DNA from: Chrysomallon squamiferum
Lineage: Eukaryota; Animalia; Mollusca
Length of the DNA stretch: 64,000 nt
Assembly: GCA_012295275.1 (NCBI GenBank)
Contig: CM022677.1
Span: 8,618,001 to 8,682,000, forward strand
Direction of reading: 5' to 3'
The translations under genes and the position numbers were made by a program. Positions 42,786-57,242 of the stretch are shown piece by piece (the stretch's first letter is position 1; each line of letters opens with the position of its first letter). The notes below the pieces were generated by a model. That model was not told where the DNA came from and made no database searches. It was given only the letters and a program-made list of their open reading frames with translations.

Positions 42786-43264
42786 TAAGTAAATGAAAAC
42801 GAGGTCTCCGCGTGAAAGTCTTATTGAAAGTGACTTGCTAAGCCCATCAAACCTTTCAACATTCTAAGTCTTACACAAGCCGCTGAGTAATTGCTCATAC
42901 AGCGCAAGGCAAACTGGAAGCAACGCCACTAAATTAACTCCCTTGTCCGCGGAACACAATGGACGCGTCTAACACCTTTTAGATGATTGTAAATTTCGGA
43001 ATAGAGATTAAACGAACAAAGCAGACGAAAGGTTGTTTTTCTAGGTCGATGTTCATGGGTGGGCGAAAATGAGAATTAGTTTAGATTGTGAAAGATAATG
43101 AATGAATGAATGAATAAATAATCAAACAAACAAACAATTTATTATTAAAGAAACAAAAAATATGAAAGAATGAAAATAAGAAAGCTTTCGATTAAATAAC
43201 TTATTAAAAATGGCAGTTTATGTAATTGTTTTATTATTTATACATTTATTCATATTTATAGGCA

Positions 43265-43316
<52 letters not shown>

Positions 43317-44285
43317 AACTTAATGATTAAAAACATCCTCCACTGAATTTCGTTAAATCTGCCATAACTAATTCATTCCTTTTATTTTCTTACTCTAAAT
43401 ACTGCAACCCTCTTCGTGCCTCACTGCACCATACTGACTTCCTCGTACAAGCGATTTCGAAGGTAATTGAAAACATATCATAGCCCTCTGGTCAGATGGT
43501 GGCCGATAAAACTGGACACATTGAGAGGATTGTCCGAATACAAACACATCAGACTTCTGCAGTGACCTTTAGTCAGGTTTTGTCCAGAGCGACCCAGTAA
43601 TTCATTCATGCGGTCACTCTCCCTATTTTAAGGTTAGCTACGTAAATACACAAATACCACCTGTCGTCATAGTATTTATCTGACGTCACAAATCGATTGA
43701 CTGCATGGAGATACGGTTTTCTAATTCTCCTTCCACAATTATTATTATTATTTTATTTTTTTGTTTTGTTTTGTTTTGTTTTGGTGTTTTCATTGTAGGA
43801 GGATGTAGTAATACTAATGAAGTATATAATCAACTTATCTATCTACCTATATATATATCTCTCTTACCATATAAATATATATATATATATACGTATGTAT
43901 GTACACATTTTTGTGGAGGAGTGTGAGCGTGCGTGTTTGTGTATGTATGTATGTGTTTATACGTATTTCTTGTCAGAGAGAAGGAACATTCCAAACACGA
44001 CCTATCGCATACAAAACACTGTGTGTGGTTTTCAACTTGAGGAAATCTGTGTAACAAACATCTCTCACGTATCTGAATTCTCTGTGACTGTGTACACAGC
44101 TAAGCGGCCACTAGCGAGGTGAACACAAACTGAAAATGAAATATTTAAGTTTCTCAGTCATTTGGCAGTTGTGAGGCCTGTCTTTCAGTCTGATGATATG
44201 TTTGTGTCGTTATCAGTCTAGCGTCAGTACATACATATATATATATATACACACACACATATATAGAGACATGAACACATATATC

Positions 44286-44381
<96 letters not shown>

Positions 44382-47168
44382 ATGGAGGTAAATAATATTT
44401 AACTGTTGTAGATTATAAAAGTTGTATTATTTCGTTTCGCTGAACAAATATACGTGAGATTTTTCCACACTAAAATGTTTTATACAGTTCATTCACTTCA
44501 AAAACACACTTCAGTAAACACAATTATCCTCAATAGATGATGTTAAATAGAGCAGAGTGAAAAACGAAATGAAAAGAAAAATGAAAATCGAGAAAATAAA
44601 ATAACAACAAAAAAAAAAAGAAGAAGAAGAAGAAGAAGAAGAAGAAGAAGAAGAAGAAGATATAGAAAGGAAAAAGAAAAAATAGAAAAGAAAAACGAAG
44701 ACCGAAAAGAGATTAATATGAAAGAAAGCTCCTGTTTTCACTTATCGGTATTTCATGAGGCCCGCTTCACTGGGTGTTCTTTCAGTGGTGCTTCGGAGTT
44801 TTTTAAAAATAAAAACAGAAATCATTCAAGTTGTGTGAGATAGAAATTAAATTTTTACTACTAGAAGGGAAATGTCACGTTTTTACACAGACCACATGCT
44901 GATCGAAAGCTAGTAACTCCGAGTTAATACTGTTTTCGTAGCATGTGCGTACTTTCTTCCTCAGTAGGTATACGCACCTTTGATATTTGCTTTCGTTTCC
45001 TTACTATTTATACACTTCTTTGTATCATTTTTTTTCCCTCGTTTCTTTTTCTTTTTTTTTCTTTCTTTCTTCTTCTTCTTCTTCTTCTTCTTCTTCTTCT
45101 TCTTCTTCTTCTTCTTCTTCTTCTACTACTACTACTACTACTACTAAACTGACAACTTAATTATTAAAGAAGTATGCTCACATTGTCAAATAACAGAGAA
45201 AAATCTTAAAAGCTAATGAATAATTTTCGATAAAGCATAATAGTAACATAATACACATATAGAGCCAAATATAGAGTAATAAACTGGATGGATGGATGGA
45301 TGGATGGATAGGTATATGGAAATATATATAGCCTTACTAATGTTTTATTTAAATAAACCAAAAGAGAATTCAAGAAAAGAAACACAAACTCAGATGAATA
45401 TAAAAATTATCATATACATATTAATTTATATTATCATTAGTTTATCTATACATTTATTCCAGCAGGTTATAAAATATCTAAATTGTTAATAATTAATGTG
45501 TAAATAGTAAAATATCATATTACTAACAAACAAGCCAATAAACAAACAAATAAACAAACAAACAAATACATTAAAAAAGAAAAACATACAAAAAAAAAAA
45601 AAAAAAAAAAAAAACCGGTAAAAAACACAACAACCCCCCCCAAAAAAAAAACAATAAGAAAAACAAACAAACAAACACATAAATAAAAATCCTAGGCTGT
45701 CATAACGGTATTTATAAAGCCACGCAAAGAACAACAAACGAACTAATTCAACTATTTAAATATTTATAAAGCGAAAATTGGCTTCTGTCTTTTATTTTTA
45801 TTTTTATTATTTTTTTATTTTATTTTATTTTATTTTATTTTATTTTATTTTATTTATTATATATTTTTTTCAAATTCCATTCGCTTTGGCGACTTGCACT
45901 CAGTGAAAACTTTGATGTGTCTGTCAGAAGGTGGAAAGTTGTAAATAATTTATCAGATCTGGATGCCTGCGCGTCATTTATAAGATTAGTTTATTTATTA
46001 TTTATTTGTTTTATCATTTCTTTAATTGTTTATGTATATGTATATATGTATATATTTATGATCAATGGAATGCTGTTTATAAGAGACAATGAAAAGATGG
46101 ACAAATGGACGGAAGCATGGATGGAGAAATGGACCGATGGACTGATTGATGACGTATCTTAATAAGTTGCGTTTTTTCTCCTATTTTACTGCTGTAGTCG
46201 TGATTATCCTTTCCGTCCTTGCTTCTGCTGATGCAGCTTTAGCTGCTGTCCCACGTTGTTGATAAACAAATTTAATTAATTTCTATACCAGGTCACCTGA
46301 GTACATATACGTACACCAATCACACAAAATTTGATCCACTCAATTTGCACAGCGGATCAATTGTGAACATCTGTTCTGCCGATTACCAGTTAACGTTTCG
46401 GTATCAGACGACACTTTCTATCGATCACAGCGTTCCCTTTACAACGACGACGGTAAATGTAATAAATGAAAAAGGCCCGGTGATATATATATATTTTTAT
46501 CTTTTTTTTTTTTATGTGCTCCATATGTCTCTGATGAAGTTGTGTTTTGTAGCTAGGCAGCAGGGACTTCATAAAATTTTAATTCTCTATTGATTCAGAC
46601 TTGCAGCTCTGCGTCAGATCTACGCTAACTTTTATTTTCCCAAACTATTAACGAGTATTATAGAATTTAATGATGTCATCAGAATCTGAATGGAAACTGT
46701 TTTATCACTTCCTGAAAGATTTATTTCGAAAAACATGATTGAAATAAATCGAGCAGATAATATATTAATCATTTATTGTCCTATATATAATGACGACGAT
46801 GATGGTAACGACATAGTAACTGCAGTAGTACTATAATAATAGTAGTTGTATTAGAAGTAGTAACAGTAATAGTAATAGTAGTAATAATAACAAGAGCAAC
46901 CAAAACAACAACAATGACAAAACAACAAAAGTAATAAAAAAAATAGTTGTAGTAGCATAATAAGCAGCAGCAGCAGTAGTAGTAGTTGTAGAAATGTAGA
47001 GTAGTAGTAATTGTGGTAGTAGTAGCAGTCACCGTTTCCGATCACTCCATCTATTCATCCACCTATTCCTCCTTTCACACGCACACACACACACACGCCA
47101 CACACGCACACACGCCACACACACACACGCACCACACACACACACGCACCACACACGCCACACACACG

Positions 47169-47204
<36 letters not shown>

Positions 47205-49077
47205 CACACACACACACACACACACAAAACCCATCGTGCCTTTCATCTGTCACTCGATTATTCATCCATCCATCCATCCATACATTTAAAAATGTATTTG
47301 TTGTGGGACATCACTTCACACTGACTAGAAACCCACTTTGTAAATCTTTCTCTACTCAAAATCTCATTCACCATTGATCCACTTGTAAAGAATTTTCCCT
47401 GAAGGTCTTTCAGTTTGTTAACTTGTTTGGTTAACACGGGCCCCGCATCACAGGTAAAAGATCACACACGTGGGTAAGTGAAATTTCAAACACCTTACCT
47501 AGTTTACCTGTTCTCACCTGTGACCTCCTGGTACGTGAAGCGTGAGGTCTGAAGTTTTAGTTATCACACAGGTACAGGAAAAGAGATTTTTGACGATGTT
47601 GCTATTTTCGGGATGGTGTTTCGTTTTTTGCTTCAGCAATAAAGATTTCATGTTGTTGTTTTTTCTTGTTTTTTTTTCTCGGATGTGCTAAACTGTTTTG
47701 CAGTGTGATTCGTTGAATAGAGTTGTATGTATGTGCATAATATGTGTGCGTAATACTATTACAAACACATGAATGAAAAAAAAACAATTGTAAATGGAGG
47801 ATAAATTTGTTTTTAAATATTTTAAATACTGCCACAACCATCATCACTACTACTGCTACTACTACAGTTATAATTAAAACTACAGTCACAACCAACTGCC
47901 ATAATGACGAGTACTATTACTACTATTAGTAGTAATAATAGTTGTAGTAGCAGTACTAGTAGAAGTAATAGTAGTAATGGTGGCACAGTAGTAATAGTAG
48001 TATTGATAGTAGTAGTCTTCGTAGTAATAGTAATGCTACTAGTAGCTGTTGTAGTAGCAGTAATAGTTGTAATAGTAGGAGTGGTAGCAGAGATGGTGGT
48101 ACTAATCATAAATAAATAGAACCATGGTAAATGATCAGGCAGGGACGAGAAGTAAATGAGATATTAATTCAAGGCTTTCCTCGTTATATATGAATTATGT
48201 CTTTTCTGAGAGATTCCAGAGACATATTTTACGGTGATTGGTGCATTATTTTCTGGTTCAGTAACCTGATTGGTGCATATCGCTCAGTTGAAGAGCGCAT
48301 CATGTAGGAGGAAACTGACATGGAAATCAAAGCGTCTGTTCGAGCGGAATGCACCGAATCACTGCAGTTTAAATTCTCATTTTCAGATTATGTTGTAACT
48401 TGTAATTATTACGTCATCGCAATTAAAGTGAAACCATAGTAACCGTATTGCAATGACAATGTGTTTTTAATACTTGGAGTTTGATAATTCCTGTCTCCTC
48501 ATTTTATTGTTTTTTGAGTTGGGATCAAACTAAATTATGAGGGTGCAATATTGTTTCTAATAATAATACTGATAATGCTGCTGATGATAATGATATGAAT
48601 AAATAAATAAATAAATAAATAACAAAAAATAAAATTAAATAATGAAAAAATTAAACAGACATTTTCCTTTTTTCTGATTTTTTAATTATTATTTTTTATT
48701 TAATTTTTATAACATATAAATTATTTGAACGAAAAATTCCTCCCTTTGTCATAAACGCCTCTGCCAATTTCTTGCACGATCGACCAAGCAACAACACACA
48801 TCAATAAATCTGTTCTCTTTGTGTGGACGCAAAAGCACCTGCTACTCTGGTAATTGTCGGTATGGAAAACACTATCTCGTCGACCACATAAATATTGACG
48901 CATGTCATACACGATAGCAGACGATATTATCGCTTCCATTTTGTCGTCTGCTGAAAACAAAAATGCAAACAAAAAGAGAAAGGTGAAAATGTTTAACGGA
49001 AAGTACTTTATTTATTTATTTATTTTCTGAATCAGTCTCTCAAAGAAAAGAAGGTTTTTATTTTCTTATTGTTTTTT

Positions 49078-49153
<76 letters not shown>

Positions 49154-49356
49154 CTTTATTCTATTGCTTTCATAATCTTACCTGTATTAAACAAGTAAAA
49201 GTAAACACTATTAACAAAATAAGCAGTGGCTGCAATAGTAATATTAGTAATCTTAAAAGTAGCAATAGTGTCTACTGACAGATAGTTTAGTATTTTGTGT
49301 GTATATCTATCTATCTATATAGACAGACGAACATACAGACGCACACCTACACACTC

Positions 49357-49388
<32 letters not shown>

Positions 49389-50476
49389 TTGTTTATGTAT
49401 TTATATATATATATATATGTATGTATGTGTGTGTGTATGTACATATGAAAAGAGAAATAATATATATATATATATATATATTATTTCTGTTTTCTTTGTA
49501 CTTTTCTCTCTTTTTTCTTTACTGTATATTGATCTTTATCACATATGTTGCACAAAACAAAGAAATAAACAAAGAAATAAAATCGGTCTAAATAAATCGA
49601 CTATGACAATTTTGACAAATTTAGAAAACTGTAATATCCGTTAAACGACACACTTCTAAATGTCAGAAAAAAGTATCAAAGAAAATAATTTTTTTCTATC
49701 AAAGTATTATGGAAATTATTAGTCTCTGTGGTTACCATAGAAACGAAATTATCCTTAACAGACATTTTATCTTGCTGACATTTTTAAAAATCTTTTCCTT
49801 TTTTCCAAAAAGTAATTTTTTTCCTTGCAGAAATCAGTAACAATTAAAAAATTCTTATAATTATTGCATAATTAATAAATATACTTTAGTAGTTATTCCC
49901 CTTCGTTTGTTAATAACTCTATGGCGACGAAACAATAAAAGTGATGTTATTATTAAGGTTTGCTAATTGTGAAACCATTGTCAGACGCTGTTCGTATTGA
50001 TCGACGTGTCTCTTTCATTGTGACCTAATTTCATGTAGAGAAATGACAGCTGCGTATTATCTGGTCTAAAGAAATTGTCGTCTGCTTGTTTCTGACTTTA
50101 TCTTCTTTTTCAGTGTAGGTAGATCTACAGTGTGACGAACATTCAAAACACACACAATACAATCACACACACACAAACACAAAAACACATACACACAAAC
50201 ACACACTCACAAACACACAAACGCATAAACACACACACACGTATAGTGGAAGTTTTTATTCATATATAGCAGTAAGTGATCTCTGAAAAAACCTTCCCAT
50301 AAACAGGGGGCATGTACGAAGATTTTAGTAACCATTTCTCACTCACACCATAAATAATAATAAATGTTATTCAGATCACGTGGTACATACATTACTTGTA
50401 CATTATTTGATCGAAGGTCAGGTAATAATAGACTAATCAGTTATACTGTTAAAATTACTTATTTCAGGAATGTATC

Positions 50477-50549
<73 letters not shown>

Positions 50550-53500
50550 ATCGTCTATCCTTTAATTATTTGGTAAAATATTCTTACCGATTTGTTACCT
50601 GTTAAGACAATGCCTTTGTTTTCACAGTTACCTGGTGTAAAGTATCACTGCGTGGTTAAATTATTTCATTGTGTTTACCTGCGCTTCTTTTGATGTTTCA
50701 GAGACACATTCTTTTAACGTTTGTCAGAGCTAAACTTATTGTTTTACACTAAATGACGTCAGTGGGGTCAAAGGTTGAAATCGTAACAGCGTTATCTAAA
50801 GTAATACGTGTGTGTGTGTGTGTGTGTGTGTTTGTGTTTTGTAATTTTGTTTTGTTTTGCTGCTATATTTTCATCGGAGGAAGGAGAGTATTTATTTATC
50901 TGAGTATCCAATAATAGTTTTGTTAAATCTTATTCGTACTTTCTGTCTTAAATACCGGTGAATATACAAACATCCACAATATACAGACATACAAACACAG
51001 GCACACATACATGCAAACCACATACACAAATACACATTACACAGCCACAAACTTTCAAATAAATAAACAAACAAACAAACAAACAAACAAACAAATAAAT
51101 AAATAAACAATCAAGCAAACAAATAAATAAATAAACAGAGAAAGAAAGAAAGAATATCCCTATTAAAAAAACAAAAACAAAAACAAAATGTCTATAACAT
51201 TTCTGCTGTGTGAAATATAATATTTCCCCTCACATAACAGTAAACACGATGATATTCTTGTGATCTTTTACTGAAGACAAAACTGGACACAAGAAGCCAA
51301 TAAATCAAAATCTACTTTGACGTTTACTAAGTGTATTTAGGCTGTTTATTCATGTAACCATCTAAAATCTCGTTTTAGTAAAAGTGGTAGACCTCCTGCT
51401 ATTTCTAAACTGAAAATCTTTACATCCTTTCACTAGCGAGGAAAAAACATAACGCTTGAAAAATCTCAAGGAAATCCCGCAATTTGTTCCAAAAGAACTT
51501 CGGTCCAAATTAATTTAACTAGTTCCGGCTGCATCGTAAATCTTACGTCTGATAAGTAGACTATTTATCTCCCTTGAATAGTCGTGAACCATGGAAACGA
51601 TAGAATAAAAATTACCATCGATTTTGAACCTCCTTCTGCTACAACAACAATAATAACAACAACAACAGCAACAGCTACTGCTACTACTACTGCTCTACTA
51701 TTTCTACAACTGGTGCTACCACCATTGCTGCTGCGGCTACTTCTGTTATTACTACTGCAGATACTACTACCGTTGTTACTATTAGTACTTACTATTACTC
51801 TTTTTTACTATTACTACTACCGTTATTACTACTACTACTACTACTACTATTACTATTACTACTACTACTGTTATATCTATTAATAATTATAGCAACAATT
51901 CTACAAAATCTACTGGATAAATGAACCAACACTGGTTTTAGAATGAATAATTAAAAGTAAAGTACAATGTCACAAAGGAAACAAAAGTAACTATAAAGTA
52001 AAAAGAACGCTGATTGGTTAGAAGATCAATGACCTGCAAATATTCAAAGAATCAGTAATTTTGATGATGTAGCTTTCTACTTGGAAATATCTTTGATGTC
52101 GGGGTGTGTCATTTGATGGAGAATTTCACAGGGGATAGTGCATAAGGTTTTATCCAGCCGAGTATTCCGTATAATGGACAGTACATAGAAGGTTCGCCAG
52201 AGATATTGTGGATAAAACGTAAAATAATATTGCTTTAAATGGTATTAATTATGGGGTTATTAATGTTGCGTTCTCTTATTTGCTTCCATTTTTGGTCAAA
52301 ATATTCTTGAACAATGATTCTAAAAAACATAAAATATTTCTCAGTTTAATAAAAGGGTTGGGGTTATTAATGTTACCGGCTTCTATTTTTCGTTCCATCG
52401 AAATTAATATTAAATTTAATTTCACTTATCAATAAACTTTGCCCTTTTCTCAAAGTTCTTTATCTCTTCTTTATAGATTTCAGCAGACGTCAAAAGTAAT
52501 AAAGGCTGGTTCTTCCAAACCCTTCCTCCAGTTCGACGTAATATAATTCACAACGTCTTTTAATAAACGGACGGACGTGAAAATCTCGCATCTGTCGCAT
52601 ATTGTCTTCACGTTATTTCACGTCTCCCGAGACTCCGTGACTCTGAGCTCATCTGCATCTTGGTAATTTCTAGAAAATTCCAGCCTTGTTAATTACAGGC
52701 CTGTCTCTCGCAAGACGGCAGCCATTATGGTTAATCCAAAAATGCGAAGCGGGATCGATAAGACGCACAAGGAATGTTAAATAATTCCTGCTTCTGCAGG
52801 AGAGTGATTAAATCATTTGAAAATATTCTTACTGTAGACCTCGTTCGCGTGCACCTACACACATGCACGCACGCACACGCAAACACGCATATGCACACCA
52901 GACTCAGATACACACTCATGCACGCACCCCCCCCCACAGAAATACGTACATCAATGAGCAGAGAAACAATGAGCCAGGAAACCAGGAAACTGGGTATTAA
53001 AATGTGACAGTGTATGCATATTTTAATGAAAATAAAAATTAAAAATAAATCTTCATACTGTTGAATGAATTACTGGACAGGTGAATGGACAATGGCTTTC
53101 GAAATGATAATTAAAACTAAAATAGTGTGAACAATAACAGGAAACACGTAAAATATTTAAAGAAAAAATATTGATTAACTTTACTTTCTTATAACCACAC
53201 ACACACAACAAAACACACAAAACAAAACACACACAACAAAACAAATATATATAAAGTCCAGGTAACGTCAAAATACTGTATTACCAGTTCAAAGGCAGTG
53301 AACGTAAATATCTTATGGAAATGATTTCATACAGTGAATCTCAGGTGATATTAAGGAAAAACTGGGAAAACAAAACACGAGAGAGACTGCAAGCAGCGAA
53401 ACGTTGCAAGGGACACAACTCTGAAAAGCTGCTAGAACGTATTCTGCAGTTTATTTCTTTCCCCTAATTAACCACTATAATATAATACCATCTTTAATCC

Positions 53501-53932
53501 AAAATTACAAAATCCGAATAGTAATATTTTTACAGTTGATGAATATATGTATATATATAATAACGAGTCTACGGACAATTCTGTACAAGTTTTGTGTGTG
53601 TGATAAAAGCGGAGTTTGTGTTTAACTCTAATTTATATTCTCAGGTTTTCTCCTTATATTCCAAAATTAAAAATGTACACGTTTTTTTTTATGTATCTGT
53701 GTATATGTGTCTGCATGTATGTATATGTGTGTAGGTGCGCCCGTGTATCTGTTTTTGTGTGTGCCTGTGTGTTGTTTAACGAATGTGTGAGCCTGGGTGT
53801 AAGTATGTATGAGACTATGTGCATGTATGTGTGAACCCGTGTGTGTGTAAGTGAAGATGTTATCGAACGGCATAATTACGAGGATGTTTGAAACCAGTGA
53901 TGCCTGTAGATGCATTCTTAGTTCTTACTGAG

Positions 53933-54050
53933 TTAGTTTTTACAAATTAGACACAAGCAAATAGTATATATGTTTTTAATCAGAATAATTATTAGTTTTT
54001 ACAAATTAGACACAAGCAAATAGTATATATGTTTTTAATCAGAATAATTA
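53933..54050. repeat. 59-bp perfect tandem duplication
   Basis: ttagtttttacaaattagacacaagcaaatagtatatatgtttttaatcagaataatta at 53933 and 53992. Confidence 0.93.
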
Positions 54051-55482
54051 AAGACAACAGTGTCGTGAGTTCATTAACCTGAAAAATCTTAACACAAATA
54101 AAAGATATCCACCCTGAACCTGCCGTCTTTTCGTTCAACAACAACAACACAATAATAATAATAATTTTTAAAATTAGATTTCATTGTTTAAAAAGTCAGG
54201 CTTTGGTTCAGGTTGGTCCATTTCCCGCAAGTCATTTCGCAGTCGTCTGCTACTGCAAACAAAACAATCGAAATAGTTCGACATTTTTTTTTTTTTTTTT
54301 TATGCTGTTCTGGAGGATTTAAGTGGAAAGAAAGAAAGAAAGAAAGAAATAATTTTTTTTATATAAAATGAATGAATGAATAAATAAATAAAAATAACGA
54401 ATTCTATGTACATCAACTGTAAGGAATAAAAGTACCATTGGAGTAAAAGAAATAAAAAGAAGAAAATAAAAGAAAGAGATATACAAATAATACAAATAAT
54501 ACAATAAAAAGAGTAAAGAAATAAATAAAGAAATAAATAAATCAATACGTACAAAAACAAGTAAGTGAGTAAATAATTAAGTAAATAAACAAATAGGTAA
54601 GTAAGAAAGTAAGTAAATAAAGAAATAAATAAGTAAATGATTAAGTAAACAAACAACACACGCACACGCACACAAACAAACAAACAAACAAACAAAAATA
54701 AATAAATGAATATACGTAAAAAAAAACACCCCAAAATATATATATATAAAATGGAGTAGAAGAAGAGGAAACGACAAAGTTAAAATTAAAACGAACACGA
54801 CAGAAAGTCAACGTCCTCTTGGCAAAATGAACATAACTTCCGCTTGTGTTAATGAACAATAATATCTGTAATAAGCACGCACTCTCCATTAAATTAATTA
54901 TAAATTACTTAAATAATACTATATCTTAGAATATTTAATGAACTGCATCCATGTTTTAATAATGTACTTTCATGTTATTTTTTTTTTTTTATTTTTTTTT
55001 TTTTTTTTTTTCTCTACTAGAAGATTGTTTTAAAAAGTCAACCTGAGGTTCCGATTGGTCCATAGTTCCTTTCTTAGTCGTCTGCTATTGCATCTAAATA
55101 AATCAAACAGTCGAGATAGCACGGACATTTTCTGTTCAGTTCTAGCGGATTTAATTGGAAAGAAACATAAAAATATTTTAAGAAAATGAAAAAAAATATA
55201 TAAATAAATAAATAAGAGATAAGCAAGAAAGTTAATGAGTAAATAAATAAATAATAAGTAATTTTTTATTTAAATAAATAATTAAATAAATATGTAAGTA
55301 AATAAGAAACAATTAGTAAATAAAGAAAAAAAATAAAGAAATAAACGAATATAAAGTAAATAAATAGACAAAATAAAATAAAATAAAATAAATAAATAAA
55401 TAACTGAATAAATAAATAAAGAAATAAATTATTAAAAAAAAATATTAATAAAATAAAATATAAATTAAAAACAAAACTGAAA

Positions 55483-56454
55483 ATGATGTCTGAAAACCTC
55501 ACTGACGCTACTTGTCTCTGCTCCATTGGGACACCGACTACAATGATCAGCGTTGTATGCGGAACTCTGAGCAATATTCTCATCCTCGTTCTCCTCTGCA
55601 AGTCAAAAATGATCAGAGAAACAACGGGGAAAATTTTGTGTAACGAAGCCGTGGCCGACACACTACTCAACATTTTCACCGGAGTTATGGTGTGGTCGAA
55701 CTCCATTGCACGAGCGATTCAGGTTTTCGGTTTTGCCATTGTCATGAGTTTTTCGTGCGTCAAGGCTTTTTCTCTAATGGGGATGAGTATAACACTTTGG
55801 CTCGCAATCTGCCGGCCGTTTATCTATAGAATCTACGTTCTGCCTCGAAGAGTTACTTTTGTTTTAGCAGCATTCTGGCTGTGGCTCCCGGTCATGATCG
55901 GATGCTCTGTTTCGGAAGGTACATTTTACAAATGGGACAATATTTCCGGTTGCGTCGAACCGGAATACACGGTTCGGAACTGGTGGATTGGAGCCGGTAA
56001 TTTCATCTCCGTTCTGGTTTTACCGTTTACTGTTATTATCGTCTGCGGACTGAAGATATTTAAGAAAAACAATGATAAAGTTCTGGACATGGACAGAAAC
56101 TTGAATGGAGCTCGGGAGAAAATACGCCTTGCAAAACTGACCGTGTTACTGTTTGTACTTAACGTCACACTACAAGTACCGCTTCACGTGGTCAGTTTTC
56201 TGCTCGTGAAAAAGAAACCAATTCTGGGAGCAGTCATGTTGATGTATTTTTTATTTTCCTCCGCAAAGTTATTTCTCTACCTCTACACTCTTCATAACTT
56301 CAGACGGACGGCGTTATGGTTGTTGTGTTGTTGCTGTAATCAGAACCTTGCGAAGTCTACTAAGGTGCAGACTGTGGGCTCAAACTCAAAGGCCTCTGTA
56401 AGGACAGTTATTTCAGAATGTGACCAAGGAAAAGCATTTACTACGTCCAGTTAG
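55483..56454 (+). CDS. Intronless rhodopsin-like (class A) GPCR, divergent orphan (323 aa)
   Basis: Seven hydrophobic segments; N-terminal sequon NLT; TM1 GTLSN; TM2 NEAVAD; TM3 end WLAICRPFIY (cf. YLAICHPLRY); TM4 Trp; ECL2 Cys; TM5 LPF; TM6 Pro; TM7 Tyr followed by helix 8 (NFRR) and a CCCC palmitoylation-type cluster. Confidence 0.9.
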   Translation: MMSENLTDATCLCSIGTPTTMISVVCGTLSNILILVLLCKSKMIRETTGKILCNEAVADTLLNIFTGVMVWSNSIARAIQVFGFAIVMSFSCVKAFSLMGMSITLWLAICRPFIYRIYVLPRRVTFVLAAFWLWLPVMIGCSVSEGTFYKWDNISGCVEPEYTVRNWWIGAGNFISVLVLPFTVIIVCGLKIFKKNNDKVLDMDRNLNGAREKIRLAKLTVLLFVLNVTLQVPLHVVSFLLVKKKPILGAVMLMYFLFSSAKLFLYLYTLHNFRRTALWLLCCCCNQNLAKSTKVQTVGSNSKASVRTVISECDQGKAFTTSS

Positions 56455-56460
56455 ATTTTT

Positions 56461-56520
<60 letters not shown>

Positions 56521-56698
56521 GACACGCACACACACACATTCACTACAGACGCGCACATTGCACTCTGAAACGTGTGTAATGTGATTGTATGTATAACTGT
56601 GTAGTTATTGAAAAACAAAAATACATTTTATTTAGTCCTATTACAGGTATTACTTTGAAGATTATTTCCAGTTATTCGTGAATATAGTAGAATGATAC

Positions 56699-56749
<51 letters not shown>

Positions 56750-57206
56750 CATAATCATCATCATCATTACTTTTATTATTAGTAGTAGTAGTAAAAAAAA
56801 ATAGTATTATTATTATCACCATTACTGTTATTACTGCTATTATTATTACTTCTGTAACAATACAGAAACATTATATACAGTTTGAAAGTTAATTTTCAGT
56901 CTGTATATATAAGAAACGGAAGAAAAAAGCTAAAGCAAATTTGGTACTAAAATTGGTAAATACTACTACTGCTACTACTATAGATTACGCTAGCTCCGTT
57001 GTCATTTTATTTCTCTCAAGGCTATAATTAATCGAGTTGTCTCCCTTTCTAACCGTTCCCGGAATTCTTTTTCCTTTTTTCTTCCCCCCTTCTCGTCATT
57101 ATTTTTTTGTTTTTACTTTTTATTTATTTATTAGACTTATTCTTTTTGTTTTTGTTTATGAAAAAAAAAAAAAAAAAATCAAACCAAATAACAAGAAACA
57201 AAACAA

Positions 57207-57242
<36 letters not shown>

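Noticed and set aside
56200-56300. GPCR as an opsin because of a TM7 lysine
   Set aside because: The Lys aligns to 7.49 (the N of NPxxY), not the retinal-binding 7.43, which is Phe here.
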